Positions 7,304 to 15,151 of a DNA stretch of 35,164 nucleotides are shown piece after piece. Position 1 is the first letter of the stretch. Every line of letters starts with the position of its first letter. The DNA is from a virus (taxonomy: Duplodnaviria > Caudoviricetes), in the IMG/VR virus record IMGVR_UViG_3300049139_000031, positions 1 to 35,164 of that record; one strand, written 5' to 3'. The notes beneath the pieces are model-generated. The model worked only from the letters and a program-made list of their open reading frames with translations, did not search any database and had not been told where the DNA came from. A program made the position numbers and the translations under genes.

Positions 7304-7306
7304 CCC

Positions 7307-7377
7307 GTGAAATTGGTGAAGTGGTATCACGCCTGCTTTGGGAGCAGGTGACGGGGGTTCGATTCCCTCATTTCGCA
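7307..7377 (+). tRNA. tRNA-Pro (TGG)
   Basis: Cloverleaf with CCTGC-TT TGG GA-GCAGG; anticodon 7339-7341. Confidence 0.88.
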
Positions 7378-7412
7378 CGGGGCTGGCTCACGGTTGCGTG
7401 ATTCTGCCCAAT

Positions 7413-7484
7413 ACCTCTCTAGCTCAATGGTAGAGCACCTGTCCTACAAACAGGCTGTCCGAGGTTCGATTCCTTGGAGAGGTA
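7413..7484 (+). tRNA. tRNA-Val (TAC)
   Basis: Perfect acceptor ACCTCTC/GAGAGGT; CCTGT-CC TAC AA-ACAGG; anticodon 7445-7447. Confidence 0.88.
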
Positions 7485-7487
7485 CGA

Positions 7488-7544
7488 ACGGTGAAGGCGT
7501 GAGGCTGCTTCGACTATAAGTCCTTTCCGTCTTCACTGTCTCCA
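7488..7544 (+). ncRNA. Long-stem structured spacer RNA between tRNA-Val and tRNA-Glu
   Basis: ACGGTGAAGGCG pairs with CGTCTTCACTGT (12 bp, two G-U); internal GACT-ATA-AGTC hairpin; ends in CCA. Confidence 0.45.
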
Positions 7545-7615
7545 GTCCCATTCGTCTAATGGTAGGACACCAGACTTTCAATCTGGCAGAGCCGGATCGT
7601 AACCGGCATGGGGTA
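7545..7615 (+). tRNA. tRNA-Glu (TTC)
   Basis: CCAGA-CT TTC AA-TCTGG, anticodon 7577-7579; atypical T-loop ATCGTAA. Confidence 0.85.
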
Positions 7616-7618
7616 CGA

Positions 7619-7689
7619 GTGGGGAGGTTGCGGGCTTCGATACCCGTCAGGCACATAGTGTCCTGTAGCTCAATGGCAGAGCGCCCCAC
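7619..7689 (+). ncRNA. Circularly permuted tRNA-like RNA (T arm before D arm, looped acceptor stem, no anticodon loop)
   Basis: GTGGGG-AGGTT-[GCGGG CTTCGATA CCCGT]-[CAGGCAC ATA GTGTCCTG]-TA-[GCTC AATGGCA GAGC]-G-CCCCAC. Confidence 0.8.
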
Positions 7690-7692
7690 GTG

Positions 7693-7765
7693 GCCTTTCT
7701 AGCCCAACGGCAGAGGCATCAGTCTTAGGAACTGATTAGTCAGGGTTCGAATCCCTGGGGAGGCA
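7693..7765 (+). tRNA. tRNA-Leu (TAG), short variable loop
   Basis: TCAGT-CT TAG GA-ACTGA, anticodon 7726-7728, A73. Confidence 0.88.
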
Positions 7766-7766
7766 C

Positions 7767-7840
7767 GCCCGTTTAACCCAAGTGGCAGAGGTCTGCGCCT
7801 CAAAAGCGCGGTGTTAAAGGTTCGAATCCTTTAACGGGCA
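7767..7840 (+). tRNA. tRNA-Leu (CAA), short variable loop
   Basis: GCCCGTT/AACGGGC acceptor; TGCGC-CT CAA AA-GCGCG; anticodon 7801-7803. Confidence 0.88.
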
Positions 7841-7843
7841 CAA

Positions 7844-7910
7844 CGGGGATAGGGGTTCGACTCCCCTAGCGCAGCCGGTATATCCGGTAACCCACGGTTG
7901 GGGTCCTCTG
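7844..7910 (+). ncRNA. Second, more degenerate permuted tRNA-like RNA
   Basis: CGGGG-AT-[AGGGG TTCGACT CCCCT]-AGCGCAG-[CCGG TATAT CCGG]-TA-[ACCC ACGGTTG GGGT]-C-CTCTG. Confidence 0.55.
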
Positions 7911-7916
7911 GAACTT

Positions 7917-7989
7917 GCTTGCGTAGCTTAATGGTTAAAGCACCACCCTGTCACGGTGGTAAATGTCGGTTCGAATCCGATCGTAGGCG
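7917..7989 (+). tRNA. tRNA-Asp (GTC)
   Basis: CCACC-CT GTC AC-GGTGG, anticodon 7950-7952, G73. Confidence 0.9.
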
Positions 7990-7990
7990 C

Positions 7991-8021
7991 AAAAGAGAGA
8001 GCCCCTACGGGGGCTCTCTCT
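7991..8021. terminator. Terminator hairpin between the RNA array and the convergent antisense cassette
   Basis: AGAGAGAGCCCC-TACG-GGGGCTCTCTCT; T-tract on the minus strand. Confidence 0.8.
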
Positions 8022-8142
8022 AGTCGTAGTATCCGCTATGTGCGTTCTCTTCTGCTGCGCAGTATTCGCAGCATGTCTGATGGTTTCTGAATTCCTCCAT
8101 CTCACATTCTAGTTGTCGAGTGTTACACCATTCGCATCTCAT
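8020..8142 (-). CDS. 40-aa Cys-rich (CxxC...CxxC) Zn-ribbon-like peptide
   Basis: MRCEWC...CCEYC; ATGA overlap with the upstream gene's stop; ends in the terminator stem. Confidence 0.55.
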   Translation of the reverse strand: MRCEWCNTRQLECEMEEFRNHQTCCEYCAAEENAHSGYYD

Positions 8143-8510
8143 CTCACTAGCATCCTGATTACTTCCGGTGTGGGGTGCGGGTACTCCTTCCCGTTGAGTA
8201 CTACCTTGCCGATGCTCTCGGGTCCGACCCACCAGAACACCAGGCTTTCAAGGGTCTCCCTGTTCCTGGTGTACGCCTCTCCTACGGCTCGGATTACTGT
8301 AGCGCTTCCCCCGTAAGGGGCCTTGGGGTCGAGAAGTTGCTGGAAGTGCTTCCACCCGTGGGCGGTTAGCCCCATCTCTTCTTCGAACTTTTCTTGCGTG
8401 CCGTCGATGTTTCGCGCGATCTCTTCGGTCGTCCGGCTCTCCCCTGAGGCGCTTAATCCGTCACGCTCCACGATCCTGGCGGCCAGCTCGCTTACTTCGT
8501 CCTTGTCCAT
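8139..8510 (-). CDS. Hypothetical protein, antisense to the late operon, probably leaderless
   Basis: TAGGGT (8517-8522)-N6-ATG(8510); protein-like 123-aa ORF. Confidence 0.7.
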   Translation of the reverse strand: MDKDEVSELAARIVERDGLSASGESRTTEEIARNIDGTQEKFEEEMGLTAHGWKHFQQLLDPKAPYGGSATVIRAVGEAYTRNRETLESLVFWWVGPESIGKVVLNGKEYPHPTPEVIRMLVR

Positions 8511-8546
8511 GCCCACACCCTACCACTCCCGAGGAGGGACCATGTA

Positions 8547-10130
8547 ATGCCATATCAGGATGATGGGACATGGGTTCCCCCACAGTATTCGCTCGGATGG
8601 TCAGGCTGTCTGTGGATTGAAGAGTGGTGCGTGCACGGCCCCGGTGACGTCCAGGGGCAACCGGTCCACCTGCTAACTCCGGACGACGACGGTTGGCGAG
8701 ATGTTGAGTTCGCCCGGTTCATCGTTGACGCCTACGCGATCGACGCGCACGGCAAGCGTGTTGTAGATCAGGCTTTCCTCAGTCGCTCCAAGGGTAGAGC
8801 CAAGTCAGAGCTTGGTGGATTCATCGGCATTCTTGAAGCTGTCGGCCCCAGCCGATTCGACTATTGGGATGACGACGGCAATCCTGTCGGCAAGGCTGTC
8901 ACGGTTCCCTACATTCGAATCATGGCCACCGAGGAAAATCAGGCGGGCAATGTTTACGACGTTATTAGATTCAATTTTGAGCATGGTCCCGTTGCTGATA
9001 TTCCTGGGATTGATGCCGGTCTTACTCGTGTCATCCTTCCTGACGGTGGAGAAATCACACCGTCTACTGCAACGGCGGCGAGTAAAGACGGAGGAAAAGA
9101 GACATGGGTGTGCTACGACGAAACCCATTTGTGGCTCACTCCCGAACTTAAGAGAACGTATACAACCGTCCGCCGTAATCTCGTCAAGCGCAAGGCTGCT
9201 GAACCGTGGTCACTTGAGACTAGCACCATGTATGCACCCGGTGAGAATTCGGTTGCAGAAGCAACTCACGAACACTTTAAGCAAGCCCGAGAAGGATTGA
9301 TTGACGGCTCCGGTTTGCTCATGGATCACCGCGAGGCCCCTTGGGTGAACATCAATGACGACAAGGCGCTTAGGGCTGCCCTGGTGCACGTGTACGGGTC
9401 TTTCGCCAAGGTGATGGACATTGAGCGAATCATCAAGGAGATTCACAATCCTCACACTGATGAGGAGGACGCTAGGCGTTACTTCCTTAATCAGGTTGTG
9501 GCCGGTGTTGACCAGTGGATTGACCCGAGCAATTGGAAGGACTGTTGCAGTGAAGCAGACCCAATCCAGCCCAAGGACCAAATTTCGATTGGGTTCGACG
9601 GAAGTATCAGGGATGACAGTACAGCTTTGGTGGGATGTCGCCTCCGCGACGGTAAGTTGTTCCTTCTCGGAATCTGGGAAGCGGACGGTTCCGATGGCTG
9701 GGAAGTCCCCGTAGACGAAGTAGACGCCACCCTTGCCGAAGCGTTCAAGCTTTACAAGGTTGAATGGATGTATTGCGACCCGATGTACTGGCAGGACATT
9801 GTCGGAAAGTGGGCTGCGGAGTTCGGTGAAAAAACCGTCTTCGAATTCTGGACCAATAAGGAAACAAGGATGGTTCAGGCGCTAGAGCGCTTCCACACTT
9901 CTACCGCTACCGGTCAGCTCATGCATGACGGCAATAAGACTGTCACTCGGCACGTTTTGAATGCGCGTAAGAAAAAGGTTCGCTCCGGGATTCTTATCCG
10001 CAAGGAAACGCCACGGTCGAAGAAGAAGATTGACGCCTGCGTTGCTGCGGTTCTCGCCTATGAGGCTCGTGGTGATGCTATCGCTGATGGACGCCTAAAG
10101 AAGGCGAGGCGCAAAGTTTACGGCTTTTAG
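8547..10130 (+). CDS. terL: Terminase large subunit
   Basis: Walker A SRSKGRAKS, Walker B CYDETH, nuclease motifs GFDGS..DDSTA and KKIDAC; GAGGAGG RBS. Confidence 0.95.
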   Translation: MPYQDDGTWVPPQYSLGWSGCLWIEEWCVHGPGDVQGQPVHLLTPDDDGWRDVEFARFIVDAYAIDAHGKRVVDQAFLSRSKGRAKSELGGFIGILEAVGPSRFDYWDDDGNPVGKAVTVPYIRIMATEENQAGNVYDVIRFNFEHGPVADIPGIDAGLTRVILPDGGEITPSTATAASKDGGKETWVCYDETHLWLTPELKRTYTTVRRNLVKRKAAEPWSLETSTMYAPGENSVAEATHEHFKQAREGLIDGSGLLMDHREAPWVNINDDKALRAALVHVYGSFAKVMDIERIIKEIHNPHTDEEDARRYFLNQVVAGVDQWIDPSNWKDCCSEADPIQPKDQISIGFDGSIRDDSTALVGCRLRDGKLFLLGIWEADGSDGWEVPVDEVDATLAEAFKLYKVEWMYCDPMYWQDIVGKWAAEFGEKTVFEFWTNKETRMVQALERFHTSTATGQLMHDGNKTVTRHVLNARKKKVRSGILIRKETPRSKKKIDACVAAVLAYEARGDAIADGRLKKARRKVYGF

Positions 10131-10139
10131 GAGGGCCTT

Positions 10140-11603
10140 TTGATTTTTCAACTGAATGGGGGTCCTCCCAAGACTCCAGAAGACTGGATTAGCTATCTGG
10201 ATTCTAAGCTCAATAGCCAGAAGGGCGTAGCGCAGCGCTACGCAGACTATTACGACTCCAAGAATACCAACTTGCAGTTCGCCCAGGTGCGATTTGAGGA
10301 AGCTTTCGGGGAGCTGTTCCAGGGATGGCAGGTCAATTTCTGCCCGCTGATCGTGGACAGCATATCTGAGCGTATCCGTGTCACTGGTTTTCGGATGACT
10401 GAAGACCCGGATGCGGATAAGGACGCTTGGCGAATTTGGCAAGAGAATCACATGGACGCGGATTCTAACGCGTGCCACATTGACACTCTCGCTCTCGGAT
10501 CTTCTTACGTGACCGTTTGGAAGGATGAGAAAACCGGCCGTCCTACGATGACGCCCGAATCGGCGATGGATATGTACGTCCAGTATGAGACTGGAAGCCG
10601 TAGAAACGTCGCTGCGGCCCTCAAGCGGTGGCGGGACGATTGGGGTACCGAGTGGGCAACCTGGTGGACTCCAGAGGAGATCTGGACCGCACAGGCACAG
10701 CGCACGGCGAGTAGCAAGGATTTGAATTGGACGGATGCCAAAAGCGAACGTAACCCGCTTGGCGTGGTGCCTGTGGTTCCCATTATGAATCGTACCCGTC
10801 TTCGCACCGATCCTTTCTCGGAACTTGAGCCGATTATCCCGCTGGCTGACGCTATTTCGAAAATCGCCGCTGATGCACTTGTGGCGAGTGAATATGCTGC
10901 TTTTCCACAGCGCTATGTAACAGGTATGGAAGTGGAAGAGGATGCGTCGGGTAACGCCAAGTCTCCTTTCCAGATCGCCATTGACCGAATGCTTGTCGCT
11001 GAGGATCCTCAGACGGCTTTTGGTCAGTTTCAGGCTGCCGATCTAGGCAACTATGTGAAGCTGATTGACAACTATGTCGCCGCTATGGCGGCCATTACGC
11101 GTATTCCTTTCCATTATTTCCTTATTGGGCAGAGTGGCCAGGCACCGTCAGGTGAGGCTATTACGTCCGCTGAGGCGGGTCTAGTCGCTAAGGCCAAAGA
11201 GCGACAGTTGCATTTCGGAGAGAGCTGGGAAAGCGCCATGCGCCTAGCTTTCAAGGTTATGGATGATCCGAGGGCTGACGCCTATGGAGCGGAAGTTATG
11301 TGGACTGACCCGGAATACCGGTCCCAGTCTGCGCTCGTTGATTCAGCCGTCAAGCTTGCGGCTGGACTGCAAGTGCCGCTTGTTCAGCTCTGGGGTGATG
11401 TTGGTTATTCGCCTCAGGAGATTGAGCGGTTCCCCGAAATGCGCGAGACAGATTATGAGCTTGCGCAGAAGCAGGCAGATATGCAGATTCAAACCGCCAC
11501 GGCTATGGCTGCTGCTGCTCCCAAGGACCCGACCGCTCCCACGGGCGGTAAGTCCAACACCCCTAAGAACACCTCCGCTAAAAAGCCCGGCACGGGCCAA
11601 TAG
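10140..11603 (+). CDS. Portal protein (SPP1 gp6-like)
   Basis: Follows terL; NFCPLIVD..ER, W..N.MD, NPLGVVPVVP, AFPQRYVTG, SGEA and FGESW motifs. Confidence 0.93.
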   Translation: MIFQLNGGPPKTPEDWISYLDSKLNSQKGVAQRYADYYDSKNTNLQFAQVRFEEAFGELFQGWQVNFCPLIVDSISERIRVTGFRMTEDPDADKDAWRIWQENHMDADSNACHIDTLALGSSYVTVWKDEKTGRPTMTPESAMDMYVQYETGSRRNVAAALKRWRDDWGTEWATWWTPEEIWTAQAQRTASSKDLNWTDAKSERNPLGVVPVVPIMNRTRLRTDPFSELEPIIPLADAISKIAADALVASEYAAFPQRYVTGMEVEEDASGNAKSPFQIAIDRMLVAEDPQTAFGQFQAADLGNYVKLIDNYVAAMAAITRIPFHYFLIGQSGQAPSGEAITSAEAGLVAKAKERQLHFGESWESAMRLAFKVMDDPRADAYGAEVMWTDPEYRSQSALVDSAVKLAAGLQVPLVQLWGDVGYSPQEIERFPEMRETDYELAQKQADMQIQTATAMAAAAPKDPTAPTGGKSNTPKNTSAKKPGTGQ

Positions 11604-11628
11604 CTCCGACATGGATTGAGGAATGTAA

Positions 11629-12207
11629 ATGACTGACATTGACCCGAACGTTCCGCCCGTCGTAGACGATAAGCCGAATGTTGACCCCCCGGCGAAGCCT
11701 GCTGAGGGAAGTCTGGAATGGTATAAGGCGGAAGCTGATAAGTGGAAGGGTCTTAGTCGAAAGCATGAGGATCGCAGTAAGGATCTCCTTAAGGAGAATG
11801 GCGATCTAAAGAATGCGTCCATGTCGGACGCTGAAAAGGCCATTGAGGCAGCCCGTAAGGAAGGTGAGTCTTCCACCCTTAAGAAGGTTACGGAGCGTCT
11901 CGTTAAGGCCGAACTGAAGGCGATCGCCGCACAGAAGGGTGTAACTCTTCCAGATGTTGAGGCGCTTAATCTTGGAAAGTTTGCCACGGATGACGGCGAC
12001 CCCGATGAAGAGGCGATTGAAAAGTTTGTTGATTCCCTTGGTGGCTCCAAGAATCGTTTCCCCAATGGGAAGGATCTCGGAATCGGCCAGTCTAGCGGGT
12101 CCGGTAAGAAGCAGTGGACTCGCGCAGATCTCAAGGGTAAAACCCATGCCGAAATTGTTGCAGCCCGTGAAGCTGGTCATCTGGACAAGCTTATGGGCAA
12201 TGATTAG
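11629..12207 (+). CDS. Capsid scaffolding protein
   Basis: KWKGLSRKHE, charged coiled coil and C-terminal basic helix; lies between portal and capsid. Confidence 0.8.
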   Translation: MTDIDPNVPPVVDDKPNVDPPAKPAEGSLEWYKAEADKWKGLSRKHEDRSKDLLKENGDLKNASMSDAEKAIEAARKEGESSTLKKVTERLVKAELKAIAAQKGVTLPDVEALNLGKFATDDGDPDEEAIEKFVDSLGGSKNRFPNGKDLGIGQSSGSGKKQWTRADLKGKTHAEIVAAREAGHLDKLMGND

Positions 12208-12222
12208 TAGGAGGATGCCCTA

Positions 12223-13140
12223 GTGGCTACTGTATTTAGCGCTCTTGAGCGCCAGGAACGTTTTGTACCTGAAATTTGGATTTCCGAAGTCTTCATGGCT
12301 AAGGAAGCGGAACTTATTGTAGGTTCTAGCCTTGTCGTAAATCGCGACTATGAGGGCGATATTCAGCGGGCTGGCGACACCGTTCGAATCCCGACTATTC
12401 TCGATCCGACCGTTACTGACTACGATCCCATTACCGGTATCGTGGGTGACCCTGAAGAGAACACCGGCGATTCTCTGACCTTTGAGATTGAAGTCGCTAA
12501 GATGTTCACGTTCCGCGTGGAAGACATCACTCGCGTTCAGTCCCAGATCGGCACCACGTATATGCCGCATGGCGTTCAGCGTGCGGGCCGGAAGCTCGCT
12601 GAGGCTTCTGACGCGTGGGTCGCTGCGAAGATTGCGGCTGCTGTAACCTCTGCTACCCCGGAACGGTATCTGGAGATTGACCTTTCCGCTACCGGCACTC
12701 CGGACAAGCTTTACAAGCAGATTGTCGGCCTCAAGGTCGCCTTGGACAAGACCAATACGCCTATGACCGGTCGATTCCTTATCGTTTCTCCGGACGTTTA
12801 CGGCGTGCTTCTTCAGGATGCTCGGTTTATTGACGCTAGCCAGTATGGCGGTAATGCTCCGATTCGCAATGGTGAGGTTGGCCGCATTCTCGGTTTCACT
12901 GTCGTGATGTGCAATGTGATGCCTGACGCTACCGGTACTCCTACGGGTACTGCTGACGGCAAGGTGGTTATTATCGCCGGTCACAATATCGCTACCACGT
13001 ACGCGGACCAGATTGTTGAAGTTGAATATTACCGGCCGGAGAAGTTTTTCGCCGATGCCGTTCGTGGGCTCCATGTGTATGGATCTAAGGTGATGCGGCC
13101 CGAGCATCTCGCGCTCGGTATTAACAACGCTGACGCGTAA
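12223..13140 (+). CDS. Major capsid protein (HK97 fold)
   Basis: FVPEIW, NRDYEGDI...GDTVRIP, GRFLIVSP, NGEVGRILGF.V, DAVRGLHVYG.KV.RPE. Confidence 0.93.
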   Translation: MATVFSALERQERFVPEIWISEVFMAKEAELIVGSSLVVNRDYEGDIQRAGDTVRIPTILDPTVTDYDPITGIVGDPEENTGDSLTFEIEVAKMFTFRVEDITRVQSQIGTTYMPHGVQRAGRKLAEASDAWVAAKIAAAVTSATPERYLEIDLSATGTPDKLYKQIVGLKVALDKTNTPMTGRFLIVSPDVYGVLLQDARFIDASQYGGNAPIRNGEVGRILGFTVVMCNVMPDATGTPTGTADGKVVIIAGHNIATTYADQIVEVEYYRPEKFFADAVRGLHVYGSKVMRPEHLALGINNADA

Positions 13141-13162
13141 TCACTGAAAGGAGGTAACCTAA

Positions 13163-13522
13163 ATGGCTCTTTGTACCGTTGAGGATATTCAGGTTCGTTT
13201 GGGTACGCCTCTGGAAGGTGACGAGGCTTTGAGGGTAGAGGCATTCATTGACGATGTCTCTGCCCTTATCGTTGCTCACTGCCGAGGTACGGAAATTTCT
13301 GATCCTCCCCCTGATGAGATTAAGGCTGTCTGCATTGCCGAGGTGATGCGGGCTTTGAATGCGAATCCGGGAATTATCGCTGAGGAGATCGGCGAGATTA
13401 GTACGCGCTACCAGACTTACAGGTTTGGTTTGTCGGCTGACGCTCGCAACACTCTTAAGAGCTACCGGCCGAATCGCAACACCACGATTTCTAACAAGGG
13501 TGGCGGCTATGCGATTCAATGA
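13163..13522 (+). CDS. Head-to-tail adaptor
   Basis: MALCTVEDIQVRLG...IDDVSALI...V.RAL.NP....E.IG; position after the capsid gene. Confidence 0.8.
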   Translation: MALCTVEDIQVRLGTPLEGDEALRVEAFIDDVSALIVAHCRGTEISDPPPDEIKAVCIAEVMRALNANPGIIAEEIGEISTRYQTYRFGLSADARNTLKSYRPNRNTTISNKGGGYAIQ

Positions 13523-13832
13523 CATCATTGAAGTTTATCGCGCTGCTGTGATTACGGATGACTACGGCACCCGCCGTAATTGGGAAAACCCGAAACGCAC
13601 CATTTCAACGACGGGCGTAGTCATTCCACAGTGGAGTAATGAACCGGATGACGTTTCACGGGAGCTGTCTGAAATCTCTGTAGACATCTACCTTAAGCCT
13701 GTGGACGTGAGAGCGGCCGATCGGGTGAAGGTTAATGGTGTCTTCTATGAGGTTTATGGAACGCCTATCACGTGGAAGGGTCGCACCGCGCAATACATGC
13801 GGATCAGGGCTAGGCGGGTGACTAATGTCTAG
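13509..13832 (+). CDS. Head-to-tail stopper (start at 13509, not 13359)
   Basis: DDYG...W..P and DRVKVNGVFYEVYGTP..W; overlaps the adaptor gene end. Confidence 0.78.
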   Translation: MRFNDIIEVYRAAVITDDYGTRRNWENPKRTISTTGVVIPQWSNEPDDVSRELSEISVDIYLKPVDVRAADRVKVNGVFYEVYGTPITWKGRTAQYMRIRARRVTNV

Positions 13833-14187
13833 CACTATCACGTTTATTGACGTGGAGCTGTGTAAGCACATCGCGCGTAATAGTCCAAAGGTTAAGGCGA
13901 TGGGGAAAGTTTATGCGGAGGGCATTAACCGTCTCATCTATCAGACTGCCCCTCACACGACGCATCACCCTTGGGCGTACCGTGACAACTTCCGTATTGA
14001 GCAGCGACAGTTCCCTTTGAAAGAGGGTCACGTCACTTACATTATCGCTGAACGTTTTCAGTGGCGGTGGATCGAATACGGCTGGACTGAATGGCGAACC
14101 AGGAAGAAGTATCCCGGCAAGTACATCATGACGAATGCGCTCAAGGCTTACGGCTACGGCGACACTTATGGAGTGGGGGTTAAGTGA
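13825..14187 (+). CDS. Neck / tail-completion protein (HK97 gp10-like)
   Basis: TAP.....YRD...WIEYG.......G.YIMTNAL; synteny. Confidence 0.6.
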   Translation: MSSTITFIDVELCKHIARNSPKVKAMGKVYAEGINRLIYQTAPHTTHHPWAYRDNFRIEQRQFPLKEGHVTYIIAERFQWRWIEYGWTEWRTRKKYPGKYIMTNALKAYGYGDTYGVGVK

Positions 14188-14576
14188 GACTAGATCCCAT
14201 TCCTTTCATGGTGGCTCGCGTTAAGGAGACTCCGAGTCTTCCCGCTGCTATCTCAGTGGGTGGCGACCTGGATATGCACGAGCCTGGCACGCGTCACATT
14301 GATGTGGTGCTTGAAGGCGGAGAGCGAACTATCAGGGATCGTCTGGACGTTTGGACTTTCACCCTGAACCATTATGCGGCCACTAAGCCGCAAGCTATGG
14401 AAAGTGCGCTAATTGTTCGCGAGTATTTGCTGGAATTTGTTGCCGGCAAAGCCTATCCGGGTGGCTATAGCGTCGCTTATGTGAATGAAGAATCCGGCCC
14501 TTTCGATCAGGGTGACATTGAATCCCGTGAGCAGCGGATAATCAACCGCGTAACTATTGCAATTTATGAAACTTAA
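14184..14576 (+). CDS. Tail terminator
   Basis: 130 aa, directly before the major tail gene, GTGA overlap. Confidence 0.65.
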   Translation: MRLDPIPFMVARVKETPSLPAAISVGGDLDMHEPGTRHIDVVLEGGERTIRDRLDVWTFTLNHYAATKPQAMESALIVREYLLEFVAGKAYPGGYSVAYVNEESGPFDQGDIESREQRIINRVTIAIYET

Positions 14577-14584
14577 GGAGCACC

Positions 14585-15133
14585 GTGGGAGTTAATTCTG
14601 CCGATGCCATTCGCTTTGCTAGCAATGGTACTATTTATGTCGCCCCCGTGGCGACTGCCGCCCCTACTGACGTGGGCACCGTCCTTCCCGCCACTTGGCT
14701 ACCGCTAGGTTACGTGTCCGATGCGGGCGTTTCCATTACCCCAACGATTACCACGCAGGCTATTAACGCCTGGCAGTCTGCCGTTCCGGTCAAGTATCTG
14801 GTAACTGGCGCTACTTTCCAGATGGCTTTCGTTCTGCTTCAGTTTGACGCGGAAGCGGTTGAGCTGTATTTCGGCTCTGCTTTCGAATCGAACGCTACTG
14901 ACGAATTCAAGATGGATGTTGCGTCCAACCCGGACCTTGTCGAGACTTCTCTGATTGTTGAGTGGTCCGACTCTACGGTCACTAACCGGCTTTACGTTCC
15001 GCGTGCTCAGGTTTCCGCTCGTGAGGCTCTTACCCTTATTCGTACGGGTGCGACTTCGCTGGGTATGACCCTGGATGCTCTGGACTCTGCCGGTAACCTG
15101 GGTACCATTTTCACTACCGCCGACATGGCTTAA
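14585..15133 (+). CDS. Major tail (tube) protein
   Basis: G.IYVAPV.TAAP...W.PLGYVSDAGV...INAWQS..PV. Confidence 0.9.
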   Translation: MGVNSADAIRFASNGTIYVAPVATAAPTDVGTVLPATWLPLGYVSDAGVSITPTITTQAINAWQSAVPVKYLVTGATFQMAFVLLQFDAEAVELYFGSAFESNATDEFKMDVASNPDLVETSLIVEWSDSTVTNRLYVPRAQVSAREALTLIRTGATSLGMTLDALDSAGNLGTIFTTADMA

Positions 15134-15151
15134 TAGAAAGGTTTCACGCAT

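Noticed and set aside
7693-7765. tRNA with TAG as an amber suppressor or sign of recoding
   Set aside because: An anticodon of TAG reads CTA (Leu); a suppressor would need CTA. Genes here end normally at TAG.
11343-13107. Long antisense ORFs (263 aa, 295 aa) over the portal end, scaffold and capsid, and similar ones within the tape measure gene
   Set aside because: Shadow frames caused by codon bias; no RBS or protein motifs.
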